Positions 10,943-23,603 of a DNA stretch of 64,000 bases are shown one piece after another. Location: assembly GCA_040285855.1 (NCBI GenBank), contig JAUFOQ010000005.1, positions 186,001-250,000 of the forward strand. Reading direction: 5' to 3'. Made by a program: the position numbers and the translations under genes. This DNA comes from Eukaryota sp. GEM-RC1. Its lineage: Eukaryota. Numbering within the stretch: position 1 is the first letter of the stretch; each line of letters opens with the position of its first letter. Under the pieces are notes generated by a model. That model ran no database searches. It was not told where the DNA came from and saw nothing but the letters and a program-made list of their open reading frames with translations.

Positions 10943-13900
10943 CTACAGCACAAAGTAAGATAAGAAAGTCTTAATTGTCTTATTATTTGCCAGACTCTCT
11001 TCAGGAAACATCTCCAATAACAGAGAAGTACTATCTTGTTCGGTTTCCAGAGACTTTACCATTCTTCTAAAGACAAAGAAATACAAAACCACAATAGTTA
11101 CAACAGAAAATCCAAACATTGACCTAACAGTAATTAATCCAGAACTAATTGCTGAGAAAGTTTCATCGTGGTAAAAGTCAATCGAGTCAATCATTCCTAA
11201 AGAAACCTTTGGTCTTTGTTCAAGAAGACGAAGAACTATGGGAGAAGTAAGGGTAAGGTCTTCTAATTGTACTAATGTCACAAAGTGCTGGACTGAATTG
11301 AGATATTGTTCCAACAAAACATGAAGACCAAGAGTCCCATTTTTCGTCACAAAATCATTAGAAAAATGGAGCTCGTCTTGAACTAGAAACCTTCCAGCAG
11401 ATGGTTCATAATCACCAAGGTCAAAAAGAAGTGATTGATGTACCAAAAGCAATTGGTCAACAAGTTTCACAATATTCCCAATGTGGAAATCTTTTTCAAT
11501 GGATTCATTACCGCCGCCACACATTGGTCGAATAATTTGAGTGGTCAACGTGATTCTTTCTGCAGCATGAGCGATTGAGTGGGGAAGTTGTTGGACGCGA
11601 TTGAGATGGTACCAAGAAGAGAAAGATAGAAGAGTTAGAATCATGACCAAAACAAACATTGAGAGGAAACTTCTGTTTCGGAAGGAGGTAATGACAGAAA
11701 ACTCAGTTTCCTGTTTGACGTGATTCATACGTGACCTGAGCTCTTCTTTTGTTGAGTAATCAACCGCGTAACCGAAAAACAAAGCACACGTGAGAAAGGT
11801 CAAAATCAGAATGATTAGCGAATTAGTTGCTTCGTCAAAATACGATCAGCAATCGGTTTAATTTCTGTTTTGAGGAATATTAAGCACCGATGTAGCAAAC
11901 GGTTGAATCAAATCAGAAAGTTGATTATCAAAATAAACCCGATACTCACGTGAGAAGAGTGCAGAAAGTAACTGTGATTGATTGTCTTCACCGAATGTTT
12001 GATTGAGATTGGTGATGTTAAAAAGATCAAACATAACATGATCCGAAATGTAGATATTCTCAAACAGCGGATGATCGATCAAATCTGATTGTATGCTTTG
12101 AGCAGTCAAGATAGACAATGACTTTTCGAGTTATAAGATATACCTCTACACATGATTGAATTGATGGAATATAATCATTTGTAATCATTAAATCAGCAAA
12201 CATTAAGTCTACTTCTTGATACCTACCAATAAAATCCAACAGAAAACGTTCCTTATGAGATATAAGAAAATGAGCAAAGCTTAACTCCAAATCTATCACC
12301 GTAGATTCTAAGATAAGTGCATTCTCTGAGTCGTTTTGATATCTATCAACGATGTAGTTGCTTTCTAAACCATCAGTAAATGATTGATGCAAATTTTGAC
12401 CATTTCTAAAACTGAAAAACACAAAATCAACGACATAAATCCAAATAACAGCTTGACCCGAGAATTTAAAATTTTTCTTAATGTAAGGAAGAAAAGAATA
12501 TTCAAAAATATAACAACAAAAGAGATACATAAAAGAAGTATTGCTAGAAACTGAAGAGTACCCCGATGATTATACAAACTGGAATAAAAGAAACTGTGTA
12601 AATTCTTACCCATTGCCACGAGAGGATTGATTGCTGATTGTTTTAAATCAGCAAAGTGACAACTTGTAATCAAATGACGTGCAAGTGATTTTTGTTGGAT
12701 ATTAGATAGGTTCAAATCAGTCTGGGGGTCAGAATACCAAAAATCAGCCACGTCTGGATACAAAATTTTTAAAAGTTCATGGCCACTTTCACTAGAAAAA
12801 TTGTAGTGAAATACATCAGGTTTAAACTCAGGTACAAGTGACGAGTCTAGGCCAAAGATATTAGAGGTTAAAAAGGCGGCGATTGAATGAAGCATTGACA
12901 AAGAACTACGTTGACGTTCAAACGATTGTAGTGTTGTAATAAATTCAAAGGGAACCACTCCAGCAATGTCATTCAAATTTAAAAAGTAAGTTTCCGGTTC
13001 AACTTCTTTGCGATATTTGTCGTATAAGAGATAATCTCCAGTCAATACATAACCAGTAATAGATCTAAAGGAAGATAATAAATTATGGGAAAGCAGTTCA
13101 AAATTATCACAAAATTTAGAATAATTGACCAGTACATCACATAAAACTTGCTGTGGTTGATACACTACAATACCACCAACAATCACAATCAAAGCAAAAA
13201 TAAAAATCAAAATGGCAAATAGCACAAAATTAGTTTCTTACCAGGATTAGACCTAACAATCTCAGTTTCATTGTCTTCTTCAAACTCATTGTCTAAATGC
13301 TGTAACAGATCAACACGTGATGGGAAGGGAGAATCCCAAGAAGTTGACTGTCTAGCTTTTTCACTTGTGAGAACAATTTCAAACTTTGGATTTTTGAGAA
13401 TTTGGTCTATTGCACGATCATCCAAGTGTAGAAAAAGATTCAGCACACCTAATTTTTCTTGAGATAGCTTTTCTAGTCGAGACACAATAAATACAACCGC
13501 AGTATAAATGCAAATTAGGAAGGAAATGACAGACAGAAAGATAATTATCACAATATTATTGAAGAAAAACATGTCACTTGAAGTCAACAGAACGTCCCAG
13601 AAATCTGACCATGATTCAGAGCTCATTGCATTGTTGTCAATCACAAACCGAAAATCAGAATCATTATAATTGATAGAATCAGGGTTGAGCTCAATTCTTC
13701 TAGTAAACGACACGGCTGATTGAGTGATTGACAGAGCCAAAGACCATAAATTCATTATTCTACTTTCAGAAACAACAGGAGCCGAATTTCTAAATAATTG
13801 GACAAAAATTCGAGGTGACGTCATCAACGACATCACTTCAACGTCATTAATTGCAGAGATTTTACTAGTACCCACTCTAGGACACTGGTAAACGTCAGCA

Positions 13901-16109
13901 TTATAAGATTCTCCTAATGAAACCCTCGAAAAATGATAATTCAAATGTTGACTTGTTTCAATCGCAAAAGAGATCAATCTTGTCGTATCTGTCCCCATCA
14001 TTGTTGAGTACATCATTTGACGTAAACTAAAAGGAAGTAATGCTGATTGAAAGGATATATGAGAGCTTTCAATTAAGACCAAGATTCTGTTTGAAACGCT
14101 ATTTAATGAGATTTCAGTGGAAATTAACGAGAGCAAAGCACAAACAGAAATTACGATGAAACAGACAGTAATTCCTCTAGCAAAACCATCAATTGAGGAA
14201 GTTTTATCCTCAGCTTTTGACAAAGATATCCATTCCGATTGCATTGCTTGCAGTTTACTCTTCCTCTTTCCTCCCTTCTTTCTTCCCACTAAAGATCCAT
14301 TGACTGAAGCAGAACGAATACTTGATGATCCTCCTTCGTTAACTGAGGGAGCCGACAAAAGGTCTGCTCGGTCATCGTAGGCAGCAGAAAATTCTTCATC
14401 ACCAAGGACAACACGACAGAAGTTTGCGTAAGTTCTATTGACCTCTGGTGACTCAGGGTATGACGTGATCAGTCTGTTGTAGATTGCTTCCACAGCAATT
14501 TTTCTATTTTTGATTTCTTCTGTGATTTTGGGTAAAACATCTATTTGAGCACGAGGTTTTTTCAAATATGTCCAAAATTTAACAACCGATAACAAATAAT
14601 CCGCTAACTTTTCTTGAGCGTCCTTAACTGACCTTTGAAGTTGAACATACTGATCAGAGTCTCGCATTCCCGTGTTTTGGCGACGTCGTAGGTTATCAAT
14701 TTCTAATTCCAATGCAAATATTCTAAATTTCTGATCAATTGAAAAATCGGTGTCCATCTTTTCAACTGGGAAAGTATCACGTTAGCACCAAGATGATCGT
14801 GAACGTAATCAAGATCAAATGCAGATCGCTGAAGGAAAAGGTCAACTGATTCGGGAAATCGATTAGAATAAAACTCTAAAATGCTGCGTGCCTTTTCTAC
14901 ATTCTGCTTTTTTGAGAAAAGGTTTAATAAAAGCAGTATACCTGATAGCATGAATCCAGTGAGATACAGGGATAGTAATCGTGGGGGAATCAACACTGTC
15001 TGAAGCAGTAGATCGTGGGCCAGAGTGGTCAAAGGTGGTTTCTTTACCAAAGTACTTTTGCTCAGAAGTAGAAAGTAATGACTCCGGAAATACCAAAGAC
15101 ATTGTTTGGAGATAGTATCTAGAAAGAAGGAAAGAAAGTAGAGGGGAAATGGTCAAAGCTGGGAGAACAAATAAGAAAGTCATAACAATTCCAGGAAGAG
15201 AGAGATTAAAAAGTTCAAGAATGTTGAAAATTATAAAGGATAGCGCCATGGAAAACCAAAGTTCACAAAAACAGCCAAAACACTTGAAAGCGTTGACGTG
15301 AACAAAGGGTAGTCTTTTCCAAATGAAGAGGTACAGTAGAACGGGAGCAGTGACAAAGCAAGTTAGAAAGAAGAGACGACGGTGGGGGAGAAGGAAGTAG
15401 ATGGCCAGAATGGTCAATTTGAGGAGGAAGACGTGAAAAAGGAGAATTGGACGTGATTTTGAGTGAAGATATACTTTGACGTTAGATTTGTGACACGGGT
15501 AAGGCTATCAAAGATGAAAGAATGGAAGAGAATAACAACAAGCATCACGCCAGCAAAAACCCGGAGGGACATGGACACTAAGTTCCAGCAACCTCCGATC
15601 GAGGTCCAAGGATGGAAGATGGATGCTTCAGAGGTACATCCAAGAGTGACAAGCAATACAGAAGCAAAGGGGATTTGAACTAACTGAAAGAGGAAGATAA
15701 GAACTTTAAGAGTAAAGGGATACTTAAGAACAGAAACAGACTCCTTGTGGTGGTGGACATTGATAATCACCAAAACGAGAAGAAGACACACCAGAGCCGA
15801 TCCAATGGTGAGTGCAATCGTCAAGTTGCTGGAAGTCTCTGTCCAGTAAGGCAATGCAAAGTGGAAGAAGCGGCGCATGTCAGGAAAATACTTTTCCGAT
15901 AACCACGGGCTGATGTACATATTGAGACTCAATGATAACATTTGTATACATTGAACAAACAAGGTAATCACAGAAAATGTGTTGGATCGCTGTATTTGAG
16001 ACACAGTTTGACAGAAAGATACAAACGACATAGTAATGACCCCATAAGACTGTTGTACTCCCCCGGTGGATCGTATACTTCCAGTTTGAGAAGGAGGATT
16101 ACTCATCAT
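10943..16109 (-). CDS. TmcB/TmcC (tiny macrocysts)-like multi-pass membrane protein, ~1720 aa, split by ~8 frameshifts
   Basis: Seven consecutive minus-strand ORFs join into one gene. N-terminal transmembrane bundle; TmcB-type helical repeat (IDQKFRIF..KFWTYL..IYNRLITSYPESPEVNRTYANFCRVVLGDEE); repeated TM/loop modules; C-terminal TM plus LLEMFPE tail. Junctions fall at or next to A/T runs. Confidence 0.75.
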
Positions 16110-17248
16110 GAGATCCACTAATAAGGAAACGTGAATTGGTGCCTGCCCACGTTTCACCTTTCCAATTGCTTATGAACCTTCTCCAGCCTCATCCACAAGC
16201 AGTAGTATGTGCGAAATCTCAATAGCTGTCACCTTAATTCAGGTACAATGTGTGTGCTACAATGTAGCTTCTTTTTGAAAATTTTGTCCCTCTGAAACTT
16301 CACATTCTACTTGTAAAGGAACTTTGACACTCTTGATGATACCTAAAGTATCTTCAAGCAATTATGTTAAACCTCCTCACTTGATGTTTGATTAGGTTTT
16401 GGAACCTTGCATTGGGGAGTTTCAATGAAGTAGTCATTTCACTGAATTAGTTGGTATTGAAACCATACTCATGGATCACACTGACGGAAGCAGTGTAATC
16501 ACCTTCACAACCTCAATCACAATCACATCACACTTGTTTCTGTGATCACAACCAAAATTCCTGATATACATCAATGTATTCCTCCATGTTTGCTTCTTGA
16601 AATGAATCATCATCATGTTATCCTAATGATCGTTTATGATTTTTATCCTTCTCTTTGGCAACTTCTATCAAATGATAACCATTTCCTTACGGTTTTAAGG
16701 GGCTAATCCAGCATTACCTGTATGTCTTTGAGCTATTTGACTTAACTACGCGTATTGATCACTACCAACAGAATGCCACCATTGATGGGGATAGCCAAAT
16801 CAATGATTTCAGAAACACTAAGTTGGGTGCCCACTGATCAGCAAGATGCTGTTCAAACTCTACGAATTGGTAAAGAGATTAGTCACACACTTTGGGGAAT
16901 AAGAGTTGTTGGACAAATTCAAATTTGTGTTTCTTCGTACAATATGGAGAATACAACAATAGCAGAATGGTTGGTTATAGTCCGTTTTTCTTTTTCGCAT
17001 CGAGAAGCTCTGACTGTGTCGTAAAAAACCTGTTATTATAGAACACCTGTTCAGAGCTTTAATGAACCATTTAAATTGGACTAGAGTTATTATACACATG
17101 TATTTTATTGATGATACCACTTGACTAACTATCACATTTGAATCACAAGTGGTGTGATCACAGAAAATAGAACAGTGTGTTGGAAATAAATCAATTTTTT
17201 ACATTATTAACTTAATTTTTGGGTTCACTTCTTCATTTGTATTCCCAT

Positions 17249-17710
17249 CAGTGTTCGAAGACACGTTTGGACACACGGGCACGTTTGGACACGGACACGG
17301 TGTCTTTTCAAAAACACGCAAAAGACACCGCGTGTGTACGTGTTTTTGTGCAAAAACCTAGAAAACTTCGAAAGTACCCTTTTATTTCCCTCGGTATTGT
17401 TCGACTTGAATGTTTTTCTATATGTTATACCACAATAGAATGCAATGCCAACAAAAAGTGGCCAAAATACTGACATGATGCGCTGTCAAACAAACCTAGA
17501 ACACCAATTCAACTCAACAGAACCACAAAATCCAAGATTCAGTGATGAGATGTCAGATAAAAACAAGAATTGGCCCAAAAGAATGTTTTGATGGTCAAAC
17601 TCTGTATAGTTGATGGGAAATTTTTTCTCGAAAAAACACCCAAAAGACACATCAAAGAAACCGTGCGGACACGCGTGTTAACACCGACACGGTGTCTTTT
17701 AACAAACACG
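17249..17710. mobile_element. Probable non-autonomous hAT-like remnant with repeated subterminal blocks
   Basis: Starts CAGTGTTCGAA (cf. TIR CATAGTTCGAA at 54001). Direct repeats GACACGGTGTCTTTT..AAACACG at ~17295 and ~17687, and CACGTTTGGACAC twice. Right TIR and TSD not found. Confidence 0.4.
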
Positions 17711-20700
17711 TGACTCCCAGCCGGAAATGTGTGGTAAGTTGTCAATTTAGTCAGTCTCGTTATTAATGACACACAGTCTTCCTCTGGTTTATGACCAAAT
17801 ATTTTCTGTCCGATTTTTGTCGATCGATCTTTCTCTCTCCGCCGATCATGCATCAACCGATCTCTTGCCTATCAACATATGCAATGAACACGCTTACATT
17901 CTATAGTCTTTGGTTTCACATTTGGAACCCAGCACTAACCTTTCTTCTCTTCACACACTTTCCTCCAGAAGATGCTGTACAAAGACTCGTCTGTGTTATC
18001 TAGATACATTCTTCACCAAATCACGCCAAACATGTCCCACTTCCTTTCTTCTTCTGTTCTCATCCTTTGTCTAGATATATATGAGGGTAGAGTTGGAAGT
18101 CTATCCAATTTGTACTGAACATGAACATTTTCTGCCGTGACCAAACAACAACTCTACTAGAGACGTTTTGCTGGAGGGAGAAGGCTCCAAGAACATTAAA
18201 TGAGCCCTCTCAGGGGTTAGATTATCCTTCGTCTTGAAGGCAACCACAAGCTCCTCATCTTCTTTGACGGATTTCGCTGGTCTATCTCCGTTTTCATTCT
18301 TTCAACAGCTTTCTACACACCTTTCTCATCTGATTTCCGCTTGCAAATTCTTCCTTTGGGAGGAGATTTTGTCTTCTCCAAGCCTCCTGTTTTGTGATGA
18401 TGCTCCTTTAGTTATCTCAGATGTATTTGCTGTCTTGTGTTATTCATACCTTTTTCTTCGTTGTTTACTATTACATCATGAATGATGTCAAATCGTCACC
18501 ACCTTATCTTTGAACCTCTCTCTCCCGTATTATTGAGAACAGGAAGCCACCAGTAGAATGGCCCACATTTTAGCTTTTATTTCACATAACTATAAAGACC
18601 TATATAAAGATATATATGTTCACTCTACACCGAAGCAACCCTCGGTTTTTGTCCAAACTCGGTTTATATCCAGTTCAAGAGGTGGGCATAAACCGAGGGA
18701 AGACTGTACTTTGATCGTGCTCGACAATAATGAAGTATACTTTACTGGAAAAAAGTCCAATGAACTGTGAAAATGTCTTATTGGCAAGAATGTTGTGGTA
18801 AGAACGTGACAAACACTTTAAAAACCTGATTTCAAATTGGTCTTTAACTCTTTCATTCTTGTTTCATAGAATGATAATCAAACAGTTCTGGATATTTTGT
18901 CTAGTTATGTCAATGTTTGTCTTTGTTGTTGTTCAAAGGACAATTTAACGTAATTCTTCATCCACCAGACCATAATTAACAACCAATATGTGGTTCATTT
19001 GAAACGTATCCAAAAAATGACAGATCAATTTGAATCCAGATGTTTGACAGTTTTCCAGAGAAAATCTCATATGTAAATCTGAAATCAAAACTGGCAGATA
19101 AACTGTCCCTACAACTTGATAAACATGAGGACAGAGTGTTAGAGCTCCAACTTTTGACAGTCATGTGTTATTGCAGTAGTCGATGATATAGAATGACGTG
19201 ACAGAGCTGAAACATGTACTTCATCGTGTAAGACAAACAATGTTCAGCTTGCTACATGTATTGTTATACTCCTTGAACAAGGGGTTAAGCTCGGTGAATA
19301 GAAGGAGATTGATGTCATCTATCTATGTGTATCACTTAATACATGTTGATATCATCATGGCAGACATGGATATGCAACAATCTAGATCTTCGTAATCATA
19401 TATCGTCAAGAGAGGACGTGAAGTAATATAGTTGTACCAGTACAGATGACAATAGTTGTGAAGAGACCATATCTGAATCGGCAATAGAGTATTATGTACA
19501 AAGAAAGAGTTGCGAAAAACAGGATGAAAAACAAGTACATGTATATGAACTAGACGAACTAACAAATGTTGATAAACATCTTTAAAATACAGGGTCCGTT
19601 GAACAATAACGTAACGAGGGCTGTGTACTGCAACTAAACAGTTCGATGGTTTTGGGAAGACAACGTAAGTTCCATTTGAATCATCAAGAGTGCACGTGCT
19701 TTCAGAGGCCGTTTTCTACAGTTTATCACTCTGACATAGTTCAGCAGTGCATTGAACTGTTGTTTGTCAAACGATGAAAGAGATCGTATGCGCAGACAAA
19801 GGAACTTTAGAAACTGGGCATCAGGACACCTCGTCTGTCTGAAGTAGATCCAGAGATCTTCGATTGCCATGTGTAAAAGTTGGCGTGACATTGTTTTGGA
19901 AAGAAAGAAATGAGAACAGGCAGTTGCCTAATTTGGTTAAACATGTTTGAATGACACGTGTGCATTTTCCTCATTCATCTTTTTTTAGACATGAACAGAC
20001 CTCTGTTATCATACACCTACAAGCAATGCCCAGCTGTGTGATCTTCACACTTGAGTAAATGCGATTTACGGAGAGAGCGTTACTCTCATTGTTGTGATAC
20101 AGAGGACTCACTTTTCCAGTTTTCGTTTTTTACTTCTACACATTCTAGACTACTTGTCAGGTACTCAGTATACGTGCAAAGGTAATACCGCATCTCCACA
20201 ATTGCATGACCCCATTTTCATCTCACATCCGCTTTATGTTGCAAGGTTCCAGCCAATATATAGTTATACGTTTGTCAAACTAATTCATGAGACGGAATTT
20301 GTATTCAATGTTGATGTTATCTTTTGAATTATCCAACAACGCCCTACTGGTGTTCACGAAGAATCTGTTCTATGATAGTACTGTAGATCTTCCATTTTGA
20401 GCACATAACATGACAGTCTTATGCTGAAAACGTCCTTTTGGTAAAAAAAATTTTATGAACGTTACTGATGTACTTTACGTACACCAGTAATGTTTTAGAT
20501 ATTAAAAAAATAGGATATGTATATTCACGAACTCTGACAGGGTTTCTAAAGGTAGAAACCCAATAAGTTATGTTGAAGTTACTATTTCTGTAATGAAGAA
20601 CGGGACTAAGCTGGGACTGATAGTTAACCGATGCTTTCAAACTCAAAAAATTCCTCATAATTGAAAAGATTTGATTTTTTTCAGTGGTACACAGTGCTAG

Positions 20701-21161
20701 AAGACAAGCATTATCGACTTTTTCATGTGGTACACTATTGTATCTGAAAAACATAATATCAGTTAGAAGAATCTTTCTATCATTACTTGTCAAAGCAATA
20801 GTTTGATAAACACATCAACTTCGTCAAATACACCAAAATCATTCCCAACACTTCCAACTATGCAGTTGTCCGTCAAGGGAATTAGTAACTATAAAATAAA
20901 CATCTCAACCGTTTAATTTTTTCCGGGATACGGCAAATGCTAGTACCTAATTGTTTTTAAATTAGTAAAACTACATTGAAATAAAACTGAAGCACTGATA
21001 ACCAGGATTTTCCATGTCTAGTGTTCACGGTGTTGATTTTGATAAATTATTTTCGTGTCCTTCATCGATAGAAAAATTTCCATGTACATTTATTGAATAA
21101 AAAAGATATAAATTATTAAAAATAGAATAAGAACAATACTGATGGACACAAAACTCTGTTA

Positions 21162-23243
21162 CTAATTATTTGCAACAAATTGTTGAATAACAGAGTTAGA
21201 CTCGACTATTTTCTGAGGGATCATTGAAATCAACTGCAAACTGATTTCTTCTTCCTCACTTAAAGTATTCAACATCTTTCTAAAAAGAAGTACATATATA
21301 AAGATAGATATAACAAAAACCAACACCATTGATAGTACAATTGATATCCTATAAAAACTGACAGTTTCCTTAAGTTCATTTTGAAGCAAATCAATTGAGT
21401 CAAGGCAAAGGGAGGCTAAATCATGTGAAACTTGGATTACTTCCTGAATATGTGGTGAATCAACCTCCCAAGAAGCAGTAGTTTCCTGTAACATTAAGGG
21501 AGAAACTAGGAGATGAACCGGTGAATTAAGAAGTTGAGCCCAAACTCTTGTAAAATACTGGTGTTATAACTCAAAACATTAAAATTTGTGTTAAAAATGA
21601 GGCTGTTTTGAGGAGCAAAACGGCCAGCTGCTGACTCTAGAAACCGTGATGACGAATGATAGAGCAATTCATTATGAGTATCAACTAATTGCCTTGTTCT
21701 ACGTATTAATCTAATACAACTTTCAGCTCGAGTACCAAGATCCATCGCTCCTTGTAAAACTCTTCCAGAAATTATGTAGACCAGTGTAGCTCGTTCCCCC
21801 GCTAATTGAAGTTGTCCAGGCCAAGGTTGGAGAGTAAACATGGCATAAATAGAGAAAATAAAGAAGACAGCGATACCAAGGGCCATAATAGCGAGAGCTA
21901 CAATTGAGTGGTTATGAAACTTGTTGATTAGAACAAGCTCCACAACTTGTTTAACATGTGTCGCTACCTTCTTTTTAGGGGAAATAAGCACCACCACAAA
22001 CAAAAACAGGACTACAGTAAAACAAATAGCAACAAGTAATAATATCTGAGCGACGAACCACAGCTGGGGATTTCTAAGAGTCTGCATGAAGTTTACACTT
22101 GAAGAAACAAATTCATTGACAGGATTTACCAGGTAGTGGTTAAGGGCATGGGAAAGTGTTGGAAGGAAGGATCGTCCCATGGTCAAATGTTGAGCAAGAA
22201 GAAGTTGGTCAGAAGAAGAACGAGAAAGGTCGAAGGTTTTGTTGGTATAGCGTTGACTTATTGGAATATTTTGTTGTTGAATTATTTTTAAATGACTGTT
22301 TTCCTCAGTGGCTATATCCCAGTCAATATCATCTAGTTCAGGAGTAAGAGAAGGAGGGATTTGGTAGTGGCTACAAGCTAACACAAGGGCAATGTCTTGA
22401 ATACGGAAAACGCTATCAAAATCAGCGTAAACGTTCGTAAAGGAGTCCTGAAGTTTTGAAAGAGAACTTTTTAGAGGGGAATTCTGGAATTTCGAAAACA
22501 ACACTACTAAGTCTTCAATAGACTCAATCAATTGTTGTCTAGAGCTTCTATACTCCCTATAAGTGTTAACATTTCCTGAGAAAATGAATCTATCAGAGAG
22601 ATACCTGATCTTTGCCAATAAGAACTTACACTTGGAAACGTGAGATATGACGTCATCTGTAATTGTACTGGTGACATCCCAATCAGAAAGGAATTTACTG
22701 GCAAATAAAACAGAAATAAAAACAACCAATAGAATGAATAATGGTATTAAAATTAAACCTAATAATGCCACTTTCTTTGACGGAAAAAGATTCAAAAACT
22801 TGCGGACCAGAAAGTATGTACAAATTAATAAAGCAACGATAATGACGATAAACAAAATAAAGAAAGATCGTTTGTAAATCCTATCCGCTTCGTACCAGAG
22901 GTTGGTATTAATCAAATCAGATGTTTGTAACAAACCATTAACTATTGAATCTAGATGATTGTGGTATCTAGATGAGCTCACAGTTTCCTTTGCTATTGAA
23001 TACTATATCAATTCTTGGTAATATTGGTAGTGCTTCCGAGAAAGAATATTCTGCGAATTTCTTTGATGCTTTATCAAAATTGGTTCGTGATATAAGAAGA
23101 ACTGTTAAAGACTCTTCGGCGCTGTTGCATTGTTCTTTTTATAAAAGTTCCAGAGTATTTGAATCGCATATTGGCCAAATTGAATCGTGGTAGTTCAAGA
23201 GTAGATGTAGATAATTTAATTCTCTTTTCAGTACATTGTAGTT
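21162..23243 (-). pseudogene. 3-prime half of a second TmcB-like membrane protein gene, truncated at the Gypsy array
   Basis: Matches the C-terminus of 10943-16109: AGERATL vs AAERITL, SAAGRFAPQ vs SAGRFLVQ, FGLNFLI vs LGLHVLL, LFRKMLNTLSEEEEISLQLISMIP vs VFRRMVKSLETEQDSTSLLLEMFP. Frameshift at ~21510. The 5-prime half is not in the window. Confidence 0.75.
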
Positions 23244-23578
23244 TGTAACACAAACCGGTCTAGTCTTTTTCCTTGGACCACGATGATACTGTCAGTATCA
23301 TCTAATAAGAAAGACCAGGTTCTTAATAACTCAATTTAAACTAGACTAAATCTATAAGATCAGTAAAGATAAGGCTCGTAAGTATACATAATTTAAAAAC
23401 AACATTACCGATGAATACATTGTACTAAAAAATTTCAAATTCAATGAGGTGTAGAAGTATATATCCTTTGGTTTGGATACATTGAATATTTCTACAATTT
23501 GTTAAAAACTGAAGCTAAAATGAAGTGCAATTGTTTTGAAGACTGTCTAAACTGACATCTGATCACATAACCGTGGCA
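23244..23578 (+). repeat. 5-prime LTR-like segment (335 bp)
   Basis: TGTAAC...AACCGTGGCA, abutting the host-gene break. The gag ATG follows 25 nt later. Contains palindrome GATGATACTG-T-CAGTATCATC (23282-23302). Bases from 23270 onward recur in every unit. Confidence 0.6.
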
Positions 23579-23603
23579 AAACGTTTCAATCTCTGATGCT
23601 GAC

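Noticed and set aside
13165..13241. 77-nt GT-AG intron that would restore the frame at the 13228 junction
   Set aside because: It would delete a convincing transmembrane helix. One added T explains the break, and no comparable splice sites were evident at the other junctions.
16496..17166. TCACA-rich motifs and a 13-bp inverted match (TTCTGTGATCACA / TGTGATCACAGAA)
   Set aside because: No TSD or defined ends, and the core is itself palindromic, so the match is weak evidence of an element.
17900..20900. Short ORFs, possibly decayed LRR-like genes (also 6500-7400 and 9800-10850)
   Set aside because: No diagnostic motif is readable and the fragments are too degraded to call.
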